DNA of 63,971 bases, counting the filler, from Octopus bimaculoides (taxonomy: Eukaryota): the NCBI RefSeq assembly GCF_001194135.2. It is 8 parts of 6 records of this genome, joined end to end, with 100 filler letters (N's around TTAATTAATTAA, not from the genome) between each part and the next. Parts side by side here need not be neighbours in the genome. Positions count along the whole stretch, not along the records: positions 43,786 to 52,199 come from NC_068988.1; positions 52,300 to 54,256 come from NW_026331378.1; positions 54,357 to 59,856 come from NC_068986.1; positions 59,957 to 62,861 come from NC_068986.1; positions 62,962 to 63,971 come from NW_026336072.1; 3 more parts are not named here. One strand, 5' to 3'. Below, piece by piece: positions 52,070 through 63,971 of this stretch. The position numbers and the translations under genes were made by a program. The first letter of the stretch is position 1. Every line of letters begins with the position of its first letter. The notes beneath the pieces were generated by a model, which saw only the letters and a program-made list of their open reading frames with translations, searched no databases and was not told the origin of the DNA.

Positions 52070-53589
52070 ATGAATTAAAAACATAGTAAATGAACAAACA
52101 AACGGGAAACAGACACAGATGGCCGCCAACTAATCGTCAGTATCCGCCAGTGTCAATCGCAATTTAGCGCCTATATATATATATGTGTGTGTGTGTGTGN
52201 NNNNNNNNNNNNNNNNNNNNNNNNNNNNNNNNNNNNNNNNNNNTTAATTAATTAANNNNNNNNNNNNNNNNNNNNNNNNNNNNNNNNNNNNNNNNNNNNT
52301 TGAGACTAGCTTAAAAGCTGTACTCTGTGCAAACTTTTACACTAACTCCCGTGGAGGGCTAATTGGGTCTGTGGTCCAAAATTAAAGAGAGCTAAATAGC
52401 TTGACTATAATACGTCTATAATGACCACATGCTCCAGTGGTGTTTGATCAGAGGCTAAGGACAGATGAGAATTGATTCTGTAATGTAATCATTCTTTTGT
52501 TCTAGCCCCTAGTTGAATTCCAACTATTAGCCAATTTGTCCCAAAGTTATTTCGATGTAAAATTAATGAAGTGTATGTCATTTATCTCCCCCTCGGTCTC
52601 TGATGTCATCTAACACAAGATGGCATGAATCAGCCAAGCTTTATCTGCTAGAAATAGCAACCCAAATGATTTTAAGTCACATCCCAATGCTGGATGTTCA
52701 AGAGCCAAATGAAGGGCAGATTTTTAATCTCAGGATCATCCTGATTCCAAAAGGTTATAATATGTTTATATAGAGCAAATGTAGACTGAGATACAGGGGT
52801 CTCAGAAAGACAGAATTTCGCTTTTTTAATATAGAAGGAGATGCAACATGTATTAGATGACATTTACTGTGATATGAATGAATGATTAGAAGAAATAACA
52901 AGTCAGTCTATTTAATGAGAGATATCAGGCTTGGATTTGAATATATAAGTGCAATGAAAGTACAAACTATGGAAGTATAAACTATGGAATGTTAATGGAA
53001 ATGTAAATCATTAATGGAAATGTAGATACACCAAAGCATTTTTAAAAAACATAAAATACAAAAAAAAAGAGAAAATGGCTAAAAATATATATATATTATT
53101 CCTGTAAATTGTCGTAACGATATTTGCAACAGGAAAACTGGAATCTGAAGCTGGAAATATTGTACTTTAAATGTAAAAACCATTTCAGCATCTCAAGTTA
53201 AAGGATAGGAATTTTGTGGATATTGATTCGATGGCTTTTGCTAACTGTCAACAGAATATTTATGTGCTGGAAAGTTTTAAAAAGTTATTTTCAGAGTATA
53301 AGAAAGAGTGCTCTAATGCATTGTAGAAGTGCTTTGGAGAGAAAGAAAAAGTGTGTGAATAAACAGAGATCTGTTTCTTCTTCAGTCACATATTTAATTT
53401 GTTCTTAGAATACTTCAGCACTAGAAATTAAGTCATTCAGTATAATTTCACTATTTACACCAATAGCTGAACCAAAAAGCAAACATAAGAGAAAAGTGAA
53501 AAACAGTGATTTATTATATTTTGGTTTTGAAGTGAGTAGCAACTTAACTGAAATTGAAACCATTGATCATGTTGTCTTCGTGTGCAGTC

Positions 53590-54256
53590 TTCTTGCGCCT
53601 ACAGATATCTCAACAGGCATGATGGAGCAACACAATATATTCACTGGGTAATTTTAAAAAACATGGACCTGCCCATAATAAAAACAGTTGGGAATACAAA
53701 CCACCTCCAGTGCTTGAAAATGATCACATATCACTCCTCTGGAACTTCACCATTCAAACTGACAGAAAGCTAGATGCGAATAGGACAGACATTATATTGA
53801 AAGACTTCAGACGAAAATCATGCCTCCTCATTGATATGACTCCCAATCAATATAAATGTATCTGTTAAGACATACCGAAAACCGAGCAAGTATAAAGATC
53901 TTGAAATATAAATTGACAAAATATGGAACTTCAAGACTAAAACAATACCTGTTGTCATAGGTGCCATAGGAATGATAGCAAAAGGGACTGATTGCTACAT
54001 AGTTCAGATATGAGGAAACTCTAAAATGGCAGAAATTCAAAAGTACTGATGGGAACTGCCCATATCCTACGTAAAATACTCTCTATATAATCTCAAATTT
54101 TGAAACATACTCATAATTTTTTAATGTTTTCTTAAACATTCTCTAGAACAATACTATGTGCAAAACCAAATATATGACACCCTAGTTATAACACCAACAC
54201 GAATTCCTAACTTGTTGTCTCTTGAGGTCTCTGAGTGAGACTTGGAGCCAACTTGT
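53590..54256 (+). mobile_element. R4/Dong-like non-LTR retrotransposon, RLE domain and 3' UTR (a different family from 28576/33990)
   Basis: LNRHDGATQYIHW, ANRTDIILKD...LLIDM, SKYKDLEI...W..KTKTIPVVIGAIG and GTAHILRKILS*, with frameshifts. Confidence 0.8.
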
Positions 54257-54398
54257 NNNNNNNNNNNNNNNNNNNNNNNNNNNNNNNNNNNNNNNNNNNN
54301 TTAATTAATTAANNNNNNNNNNNNNNNNNNNNNNNNNNNNNNNNNNNNNNNNNNNNGCAATTGTTTATATATATATATATATATATATATACAAATAC

Positions 54399-54463
<65 letters not shown>

Positions 54464-54480
54464 TACACGTACATATATAT

Positions 54481-55366
54481 TTTGGGTCATCCCATAAATA
54501 ATGCGGTTTTTTTCAATTGCATGAAGTAAAAGTCGGAGGAGGGTGGGATAAACTACCTGTATCAACTTGCTATACAAGGAGGTAGTAATTTTACCTTGTC
54601 CTTATTCTTAGTGCAAGTTTTGAGGAGTGCAGTTCGATTTTAACAGTTATTTTCTCAAAGCTAAATGGAAGTGACAAAGGTGCATACTCGGCATATTTTG
54701 CTTTATGAGTTCAATAAAGACAACAACGCAACATAAAGCTTGAGGAATATTAATGCAGTATATGGAGATCGGACAATAAGCGTAAGCCAGTGTTAACAGT
54801 GGTTCCAGAAATTCGGAGCCGGAAATAGAAGCCTCGTCCTGAAAGATCTGTAGAGCTCGACGAGGACATCCTGCAAACCCTGGTGGAACCAACTCTCATT
54901 ATAACTGTTGAGGAACTAGCAGAGAAGCTTGGATTTGGTCATTCAACCATTCATCGACAACTGCACTAGGAAAAACCGACCATCTTTGGTTTCAAGACGA
55001 AAGGTAGTCTTCCATGAGGATAATGCTCGACCACATACAGCGAGGACATTCCTAAGGCTGGAGCAGTTTTAATGGGAAACGATGCTCCACCCATCATATT
55101 CGCTTGGCATTGCCCCATCTGATTATCATTTATTCTGCAGTCTTCAAAATCATTTCGACGGAAAAATATGAATTCTGTAGACGTGGTCAGAACAGTATTG
55201 GACGAGTGAATTTTGGAAGAAGGGTCTTGCAAATCTACCAGATAGATGGAAGAGCATTGCAGAAAATGAAGGAGAGTATATTTTAGATTAAAAAAGAACT
55301 TTGTTGATCTTTAATTTTGAAAAATATAAGAAGTATAAAAAAAGACATAATTTAGGGATGACCTCA
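54481..55366 (+). mobile_element. Internally deleted mariner (Tc1/mariner) transposon
   Basis: TIRs TTGGGTCATCCCATAAATAATG and CATAATTTAGGGATGACCTCA in TA context. Transposase remnants MEVTKVHTRHILLYEF...QWFQKF, VFHEDNARPHTA and HPSYSLGIAPSDYHLFCSLQNH. The WVPHEL / first-Asp region is missing. Confidence 0.88.
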
Positions 55367-55810
55367 TATATNNNNNNNNNNNNNNNNNNNNNNNNNNNNN
55401 NNNNNNNNNNNNNNNNNNNNNNNNNNNNNNNNNNNNNNNNNNNNNNNNNNNNNNNNNNNNNNNNNNATATACCATGTTTTTATAAATGTCGAAATGTGTA
55501 TTGTAAGATACAAATAAGGTGATCATTTATATTAGAACGCAGAAATGCCGTTAGAACAGCAATTAATAAGTCTTAGGGTAGCAAAAAATTAAGAAATTTA
55601 ATTTACTACCAGTGGTGTAGCGAGAAAAAAATTAGTCAACAGACTATATATTATTCATGTAAAATACAGTGTACTTAATTTATCGACTCCGAAACGATGA
55701 AAAGTAAAGTCGACCTCGGTGGAATTTGAACTCAGAACACGAAGACAGACGAAATACCACTAAGCATTTCGCCCGGCGTGCTGACGTTTAGCTTTTAAAC
55801 TTAGAGAGAC

Positions 55811-55853
<43 letters not shown>

Positions 55854-57339
55854 GTGTGTGCGTGCGTGCCTGCTTGCCTGCCTGCCTGCCTGCCTGCGTG
55901 CGTGCGTGCGTGCGTGCGTGCGTGAGTGCGTGCGTGCGTGAGTGCGTGCGCGTGATATTACAGTGAAGATGTGAGTACCGCCATTTATACATGTACAATA
56001 TATTTCCGAAAGCTGAAAACTGAAGCCATTCAAAATGAGTCCATCTCCGCTCCTTCCATCTGTCTCGTCTCGTCTCGTCTACGTGAGTACTATCACTCCA
56101 TCATTTATATCTATCATCAATAAACCATTGAGAGGATTCGATTAAATCACGTGTCTTTTATTCATTCACTGAAGACAACGTCTATGTAGGAAAATTATCA
56201 ATGAAAACTGAAATTATTACGCTGCTCTGCTCGACAAAAGCAATGCCTGCATAAATTCTAGGAAATTCCTTTAGAATATTCTGCTGCATAAAACTATTTT
56301 AGTATTCATTAGTCCATGCTTTATAATAGTCCTGGGTGGTGGTGGATGTGAGAGAGAATTACAGTGAGACGAGAGACGGAAGCGTTCATTTGATTTTGTC
56401 TCGGAAAATGGCCAACTAACAAATAGATTCTTACCTAACTATTTAATTTGAATATTTCTGTGACCATGTTGTGTTGGTACCTTTTAGTTAGTGGCATTTT
56501 TAACAAAAGGAAATGGAATATGGTCCAAATGGAATTTAATAAGACAACTTTCCAAACTGAAAATCAAATAATTGAACTTTTTTTTTTTACGTTTATAAAA
56601 GAATAACTTCTACTTTGGGAATTTTTTTTTTTTCTTTTTGCATTTTATCTTTTACTTATTCCAGTCATTAGACTGCAGCCATCCTGGGGAACCACCTTGA
56701 AGAATAAGCATTTCGCCCGGTGTGCTAACATTTCTTATTTCTTTATTGCCCACAAGGGGCTAAACATAGAGGGGACAAACAAGGGCAGACAAAGGGATTA
56801 AGTCGATTACATCGACCCCAGTGCGTAACTAGTACTTAATTTATCGACCCCGAAAGGATNNNNNNNNNNNNNNNNNNNNNNNNNNNNNNNNNNNNNNNNN
56901 NNNNNNNNNNNNNNNNNNNNNNNNNNNNNNNNNNNNNNNNNNNNNNNNNNNNNNNNNNNNNNNNNNNNNNNNNNNNNNNNNNGAGCGCAGTTTAGCTGTG
57001 GAAATAGCAGAAAGGATAAAAGGAAAAATTGACTCTGGTGGAATTTGAACTCAGAAGAAATGCCGCTAAGCATTCTGACCGGCGTGCTAACGATTTTCTC
57101 AGCTCACCGCCTTAGATGACCCTAATAATGAATGACATACAGACGTGTGAATGTGAGATTTAAAGGAAATTTTTTCCTTTCCTAAGCTTGATCCGTCTTC
57201 TGCCCCTTGGTTTCCTTGGTTCTGCAAGTACTAGGCTTAAGAAATAAATCCTGGGGTCGTTTTATTCGACTAAAAACCCTTCAAGGTAGTGCTCCACTGT
57301 GGCCACAGTCAAATGACCGAAACAAGTAAAAGAATATAT

Positions 57340-58180
57340 CCTTGGATAGTGGAGTATCATTTTTCTTGTTTGAATAACGAAAATTGTGCATGTGTCAGTT
57401 GTACTGTGTCTTGAATTGGTTTGATGTATATCCCATAGATGTAGCTACAATAGTTGGTTTCGTGTTCGTGATTACCATTGTACTATAGACGAAATTTCTT
57501 GAGAGACGGTTTCCTTCTAAAGGGCAGGTTAATAGTGTTCTACAATTGCAAATGTTGTGTGATTTAGGTTTTCACTTTTAGACAATTTTTGGTTGTAATT
57601 GGCTGTGGAATATGACAATTTTTACGTTGTGTTTATCCAATAGTTCGTAGTACTTGTGGTTATGGTGGAAGTATTTTTAGAGAATTTGAGGAAAATGTTG
57701 AAGGGGAGCTGGATTAAACCAGATGATTTTCCTTTTTCTATTCTTACATTTTCTTATTTATTGTTGGAGGTTTGTAGTTTATATATTACACTTTTCCTTG
57801 TGACCGCTATTATTGAAAGCTTCGTTATATGGATTTGCTATTTCATTTAGTATTTTTCATTTGAAGAGAAAGAGGAAAGTCCAGAAGAAATGCTCTTTAC
57901 TAGGTTTTTGATAATGCTTTGGGGGTGATTGAATTGTATATGTATATACTGATTGCTTACGTTATCTTTCTTGTTGGGTTTATAGACACTGAATTCTAGG
58001 CTTAGGGTAACATATAGGAAGTTGACTGACTTTAGTTATGCTTTTACTGTAATAGAGAAGCTCAAGTTTTTTAAAAAGTGTTGTAGTTCTTTCCTAAATT
58101 TTTCAGTTTTTTGTGGGTTGTAGTTTGTTAGTAGGAGCAGACCGTCGTCCCCTTATAGATTACTTGAGACAAATGGAAAA
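57340..58180 (-). mobile_element. PLE fragment: RT catalytic motif, thumb and GIY-YIG, decayed
   Basis: Minus-strand frames give GDDGLLL (YRDDGL-like), KSVNFLYVTLSL, NHPQSIIKNL, YNEAFNNSGHKE, RKRKIIWFNP and ICNCRTLLTCP..GN.LSRNFVY...GYTSNQFKTQYN. Confidence 0.82.
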
Positions 58181-59024
58181 ATATATATACATAAAGAGAG
58201 GGGGGATTCTCCCATCAATGTTTATGCAAGAGGATCGAACCGACTGGAACCACTCAGTCAAATTGTTAGTGACTATCTACTATGACCAGGTTTAGATCTT
58301 TACAAACAAAGCCACAGTTCTCACAAAATTGCAATGCGAACAGACCAAACTAGTAACTAATTGGATCCGTGCGATGTTAGCTTATCTAACCTTGAGGAAA
58401 CTCAAAGTTTTCTATAGCGTTATTGACTAAACTTATTGCTAAGCTTATTGACTAAAGCCTATAGCCAGACAAACAAACGAAATATCTGGGCTTGACAATA
58501 AAGCGAAACCGGATGGTGGGTGCTTATTGCAACTTTATGACCTTCTGATAAAACTGCAGTCTCTGAAAATTATATGAACTTTGTATTGCAGTCCATATCG
58601 GAAAAAGTTAATAATTGATTTAATGTAATGATATCATATTCATTAAATCATCAGTTATAACCTTTTATAAAGGTGAATGTTTTAATCCCGAAAATGTTAA
58701 GTGTCTTCATTGTTCTGATCAATTTTGTAGAAGAAATAAAACTTAAAAACAAGAAGACCAATTTAATACTGGTTTCTGAGTTGGGCAGAAGGTCTAAAAA
58801 GTCTGATAACGGTTTTTTTTATTTCTCGATCATTTCAAATATTGATATCTTTTGACAAAGCAAACGCATCGAATTAAACAAAAAGAAAAACTGACTTTGT
58901 TCAAAGAAAAAGTGTAGTGCACATGGCCCTTCACAGGATATTTGAAACTGGTAGAAAAGAAAGGGCAGCGCCTTTGGCTCTTTTCATGGCCTTCGTGACT
59001 CGTGGAAGGAAAGGAAGAAATTAT

Positions 59025-59280
59025 TCTCAATACTTATTCTATCAGTCTCTTTTGCTGAGCCACTAAGTTATGGGGGCGTAAACATACCAACACCGGTTGT
59101 CAAGCAGTGACTGACACACACACATATACATATATATATATATATATATATACAACAGGCTTCTTTCAGTGTCCGTCAACCAAATCCACTCACAAGGCTA
59201 TGGCCAGCCCGAGGATATAGTAGAATACACTTGCCCAAGGCACCACGCATTGGGATCGAATCCGGGACCATGTGGCTGAA
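59025..59280 (-). mobile_element. Family A SINE (tail truncated)
   Basis: Matches 11960-12250 including the internal (CA)n(TA)n tract. Confidence 0.8.
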
Positions 59281-59671
59281 AAATATTCTCACACGCACAT
59301 CCATCCCAAGCTAACAACTAACCCTGCCAATTTTGTACTAATGAATCTCACCACATTCTCACATTCAAGAACCAAACTCTGAACCAAAACTCTGAACTAG
59401 TCTCTTCACGCAAGCACAGAATATTAAAAACACTAAAACATTTTAAACCAATATTTTTTCCTACGACTAAACATGTAAATATCTCACCCCCATCTCTCCT
59501 TCCACCTACAGCATAAATCATCCCATAATATGCATAAAAACTATTTTGACTGTTTTACACTAAACAAGTACTGAAGAAATTAATTAAGTTTCCTTATCTC
59601 CAACCAAAATCCCCACAAAAGATTTTCAAATATAGGTGCACAAACCTACAAACACTCATATATATACGTGT

Positions 59672-59736
<65 letters not shown>

Positions 59737-59788
59737 AAGGACAACAAAAGAAAGAAAGAGACCTCGATATTATGTAAATAGAGGAATT

Positions 59789-59849
59789 TATCTGTAAAAA
59801 TATGTGACACTTATGGCTACCGAATAAGAGTCACATATTTTTACAGATA
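59789..59849. repeat. 61-nt hairpin (perfect 20-bp stem + 5 bp, 9-nt loop)
   Basis: TATCTGTAAAAATATGTGAC / GTCACATATTTTTACAGATA. Confidence 0.9.
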
Positions 59850-59969
59850 TATATATNNNNNNNNNNNNNNNNNNNNNNNNNNNNNNNNNNNNNNNNNNNN
59901 TTAATTAATTAANNNNNNNNNNNNNNNNNNNNNNNNNNNNNNNNNNNNNNNNNNNNTGTGTGTGTGTGT

Positions 59970-61110
59970 GTGTGTGTGTACAATGGATCAAGCGTTTACT
60001 GAAAGACAGAACTCAACATGTTGTCGAAGAAATAAATTCAAGCGTACCCAAAGTCAGTAGTGGTGTCCCACGAGACACTGTGTTGGGCCCACTTCTTTTC
60101 ATTATCTACATTAATGACATTACTGAAATCATCAAGCACAGTAACATATGAATCATTGCAGATGATTCCAAGATCCAGAAGGTCATCAATGAAGTGGGTG
60201 ACCGGGCATGTCTTCAGTGAGATCTACTGGCTGCCATCCAATGGGCGGAAAAGAATAATATGCTGCCGAACGAGAACAAATTTGAGTTGATCCACTTCGG
60301 AAAAGAGGATACCCTAAAACTCCCATACTCCCTTCCTTTAGGTGAAACTCCCATGGCATCTAACAACATCAGAGACTTGGAAGTAATTGTGGACAACAAC
60401 ATAAGCTGGACTGCACATATAAACAACCAAGTTGACATGATTCGTAGAATATGTTCCTGGATTCTCAGAACTTTCCACTCGAGAGATATCCACACCCTTA
60501 TCCTTCTCTTCTCTACTTTTGCCCGACCCCACATTGAATACTGTTGTCCACTGTGGTCTCCCCACACGAAACAAGGTGTCATAAAAATTGAAGCACCTCA
60601 AAGGTCAATTACAAAAAAGATAGATGGCATGACAGGCCTTGACTATTGGAGTCGACTAGAAAAGTTCAAGCTTTATTCTCTCCAACGCTACCGTAAGTGC
60701 TACATCATCTGTATGATGTGAAAAATATTTCATCAGCATTGCTCAAATGATGTTGGCATCGCCTTTCAGATATACCCAACACTTGGATCCCGTACTATTC
60801 GCCCACTGCATAAATCATACTCGCATCTCATAACAACAATACGGCACAATTATTTCACCAAAATTGGCCCAGCTCTCTTTAATATTACACCAAAATACAT
60901 TATAGCAGAAACAGACCCCATAAAGTTCAAGAAGTCTTTGGACAAATTCCTTCCCAAAATTCCGAATAAATCTCCTACACCCGGATATGTCTCCATAAAC
61001 AATAACTCTCTCCTCGAGTGGGCCATGTTGTCTGATTCCTGATTTGAATGACTTTGCCAGGTAGTGCTATTAAGTTACTGGGCCAATACTGGCCGAAACA
61101 TATCAAAGTA
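59970..61110 (+). mobile_element. CR1-group LINE, 3' part of ORF2 (RT) and 3' UTR
   Basis: SGVPRDTVLGPLLFIIYIND, IADDSKI, LQ.DL..AIQWAEKNNM..N..K and RDLEVIVDNNISW..HI...ARPHIEYCCPLWSP...IEAPQR...LYSLQR. It ends in short (ATCAAAGT)-type tail repeats. Confidence 0.9.
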
Positions 61111-61128
61111 TCAAAGTAAAGTATACAT

Positions 61129-61170
<42 letters not shown>

Positions 61171-61257
61171 NNNNNNNNNNNNNNNNNNNNNNNNNNNNNN
61201 NNNNNNNNNNNNNNNNNNNNNNNNNNNNNNNNNNNNNNATATATATTTATATATGTA

Positions 61258-61297
<40 letters not shown>

Positions 61298-61442
61298 CAT
61301 ACATATATAAACACACGCACACGGGTGTGTATGATTGTGTATAGAAGAATATAGTACTCAAAGAAATTTAAACTTTGTGTGATCTTCACGTTTATTTACA
61401 ATCTTATAATAATATATCAGATATGATGAAATGACAGAATAT

Positions 61443-61487
61443 TGAACTAGTACTTTCATGCATTAAACTATGCAATCTTCAGTCTCA
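61443..61487 (-). ncRNA. Candidate minimal hammerhead ribozyme (partly decayed), downstream of a PLE GIY-YIG fragment
   Basis: Minus strand reads TGAGA-CTGAAGA-T-TGCAT-AGTTTA-ATGCA-T-GAAA-GTA-CTA-GTTCA. Core intact, 5-bp stem II, palindromic AGTACT stem III, but an imperfect stem I. Confidence 0.4.
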
Positions 61488-62060
61488 TGTAGCAGTGCTG
61501 ACAATTATGTTTTACAATTTACAGCTGTGGCGAGATGGGTAAACTGCGTGCCTTAAATACATTTTTATAGGCTCCAGAATGTTAATCTTTTCAAACTATA
61601 TTCTGACCAATCAGTGTGTGATTTTACTAAATTACTTAAGTTGATTGGTGTTTGGTTTGGCCAAAGCAGTAATCGTTGGGCTATTTTTAGAAATGCTGTA
61701 AACAACATTTCTCAGGTATTTTACATTCTGATTATCATCATCATCATTATCATCTCTTTTATTATTGTTGTCGTCGTTGTCGTTGTTGTTGTTGTTGTTG
61801 TTGTTGCTGTTGTTGTTGTTGTCGTCGTCGTTGTTGATGTTGTTGTTGGTATTGTTGTTGTTGTTGTTGTTTGTGGTGGTGGTGGTGGTAGGAGTAGCTG
61901 TGGTAATAGAACTTTAAACCCCAAAATAAGATAATTTTTACTGACCTTTCTCTTATCTTAGCTAGTATTTTCCTGCTATCATCATAATGAGCACCTTTAG
62001 TATTGTTGTTGTTAGTGGTAGTGGTCGTAGCATTAGAAATAGTACCTCTAAATATAAGTA

Positions 62061-62366
62061 TCATTGCTTATTTAGCTTGGGTTGGAATTTATTTATAAAG
62101 TTCTTTTCTCTGAATTTTCTTTCAATTTCACTTGGACTGTGTAGTTTGTAGAATGGAAATATTATAAATACTTTCTGACCGCATGTTGCTAGACGGTTAC
62201 TCAAAGGTATCTGACGGACATCTGAGTCACTAATTTGCTGTCGGTGCACACGTGAACGTTCTGATAGTGCATTTCCAGTCTGACCTACATATAGTTCTTC
62301 ACAATTTGGGTGTTTGATGCAGTACATTAAATTTCGACTTTTGCAATTCATATTTGCGTTAGTAAA
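62061..62366 (-). mobile_element. PLE GIY-YIG endonuclease fragment
   Basis: FTNANMNCKSRNLMYCIKHPNCEELYVGQTG...RSRVHRQQI...REKNFINKFQPKLN. Confidence 0.85.
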
Positions 62367-62558
62367 AGACAGCTTAAAAACTTGAAACAATTATTAACAA
62401 AGGCAAAGTTTGACCTTAGCAACAAAGACCAATCATTCACTGAATCTAAATGCAATGATAGCCGTTGTGGAACATGCCAATTCATACATAACGGCCAATA
62501 TATGAATACAAGAACTGGAAAAATATTCACAAACCAAAATATAATCTGCAAAAGCCGA
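62361..62558 (+). mobile_element. PLE RT-endonuclease linker fragment in the opposite orientation
   Basis: SKRQLKNLKQLLTKAKF...KCNDSRCGTCQFI...FTNQNIICKSR*, the Cys-rich linker that precedes GIY-YIG in PLEs. Confidence 0.75.
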
Positions 62559-62961
62559 TGATGATGGTAATGAAAACAGCAGTGGTATGACTGTAATAGA
62601 CTATCCGTGGAATTTTCTTTGATGGTCAAGTGATTTAAAAGTTATCTGTTGTGGTTATAGCAGTAGTGATTAGAATTGTTCTGAATATATCGTTTGTAAT
62701 ACTTGCGTGAGTATTATTTTAAGAGCCTTCTAGCAGTGTAATCTGTGGTGAATGAATTCAAGGTGGGTTTTATATTCTGCGATAGAATGTGATTCTTTGC
62801 TAATGCGCTGATTATAGGTTGAGACATACTTGAAGTTGCTTTTCACAGTAATATATATATANNNNNNNNNNNNNNNNNNNNNNNNNNNNNNNNNNNNNNN
62901 NNNNNTTAATTAATTAANNNNNNNNNNNNNNNNNNNNNNNNNNNNNNNNNNNNNNNNNNNN

Positions 62962-62998
<37 letters not shown>

Positions 62999-63317
62999 AT
63001 ATGTATGTATGTATATATATATGTATATATACGTATGCATAAACACACACGCACATTTGTACAAACACATGTATCAATATATATATGTGTGTATGTATAC
63101 ACACACACACATATATACGTATGTGGGTATGGGTGTGTAGGTGTGTGTGTGTATGACTAAATATATTTGACTACTGATAGATCGACAGATAGATACCATA
63201 CATGTATATGTACGTATGCGTACGTATAAAAGAGTGTGTGTGTGTGTAAGAATTAAGGGAAAAAGAACGAAAGAAAAAGAATAAACAGGGACAGAGACAT
63301 AGAGAGAAAGAAAGAGG

Positions 63318-63351
<34 letters not shown>

Positions 63352-63511
63352 GATAGAGAGATAGAGTAACAGTATTGGAGAGAGTATAAATATAAGATTT
63401 ACAGAACGAGATTATGAACGAGAAGAAAACGAGAACTAGATACATTCAAGAAGACTTGGAGAAACAAACACAATGAAGAAGAAAAAAAGAATTAAAAAAT
63501 CGAAAAAAATA

Positions 63512-63551
<40 letters not shown>

Positions 63552-63971
63552 GCACATACACACACGAACACTCAGAACTACATTGAAATATATAGCAACA
63601 TAGAGAAACAATTACTTGTGGAAAACCTTAAATTCTATACAAAAGTATATTTATCTTTTTGAGCAGAAAAATAATGCCGAAGACAACAAAGAAATCGTAT
63701 GATTATTACCAATAGAAACGCCAGCTTTAATATATAAGAATTTCCATTCAAGTGTTGACACAATTTGCGTACAGATTTGAATACAATGAGTTGCCAGATA
63801 TTTCATACAATCACTCGCCAAATCTAAGACAATGGATAGAGTAAATAGTTACAAAAGAATGTAAAATGATTTAGAATAAGAAAGAATATTATGTGTGTGT
63901 GTCTGTGTGTGTGTGCTTGTGTACGTGGGGGTATGTATGGGTATGTACATACATTAATACATATATATATA

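Noticed and set aside
53177-53326. 49-codon open frame after a TTTCAG in a CpG-poor piece
   Set aside because: A length expected by chance, with no homology recognised.

Overview
Animal, repeat-dense, almost entirely non-coding DNA. It is most likely a coleoid cephalopod (Octopus), inferred from the SINE/LINE/Penelope repertoire and extreme microsatellite load, not from a database search. It is a fragmented assembly. Seven identical 100-bp spacers (44 N + TTAATTAATTAA + 44 N) split it into eight pieces whose adjacency and orientation are unproven. The only confident host gene sequence is one 333-nt, phase 0-0 internal exon of a USP31/USP43-type deubiquitinase (22010-22342, +), in a CpG-depleted piece (6286-24902). 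The rest is transposon debris and simple repeats: three Penelope-like (PLE) loci, RTE, CR1, HERO-like and R4/Dong-like LINE fragments, a mariner, a Tigger-like MITE, a Helitron-like element and three tRNA-derived SINE families. Most long ORFs in the supplied track are artefacts of N-gaps and microsatellites. The best leads are two candidate minimal hammerhead ribozymes tied to PLEs (12507-12594 and 61443-61487, both -), a near-complete PLE with direct and inverted pseudo-LTRs, and a set of dsRNA-forming structures around the USP exon. These include a near-identical inverted repeat pair bracketing the exon, a 188-nt hairpin and a ~1.7-kb fold-back. I found no convincing new biological system. 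The leads are unannotated instances or variants of known phenomena, plus testable hypotheses.
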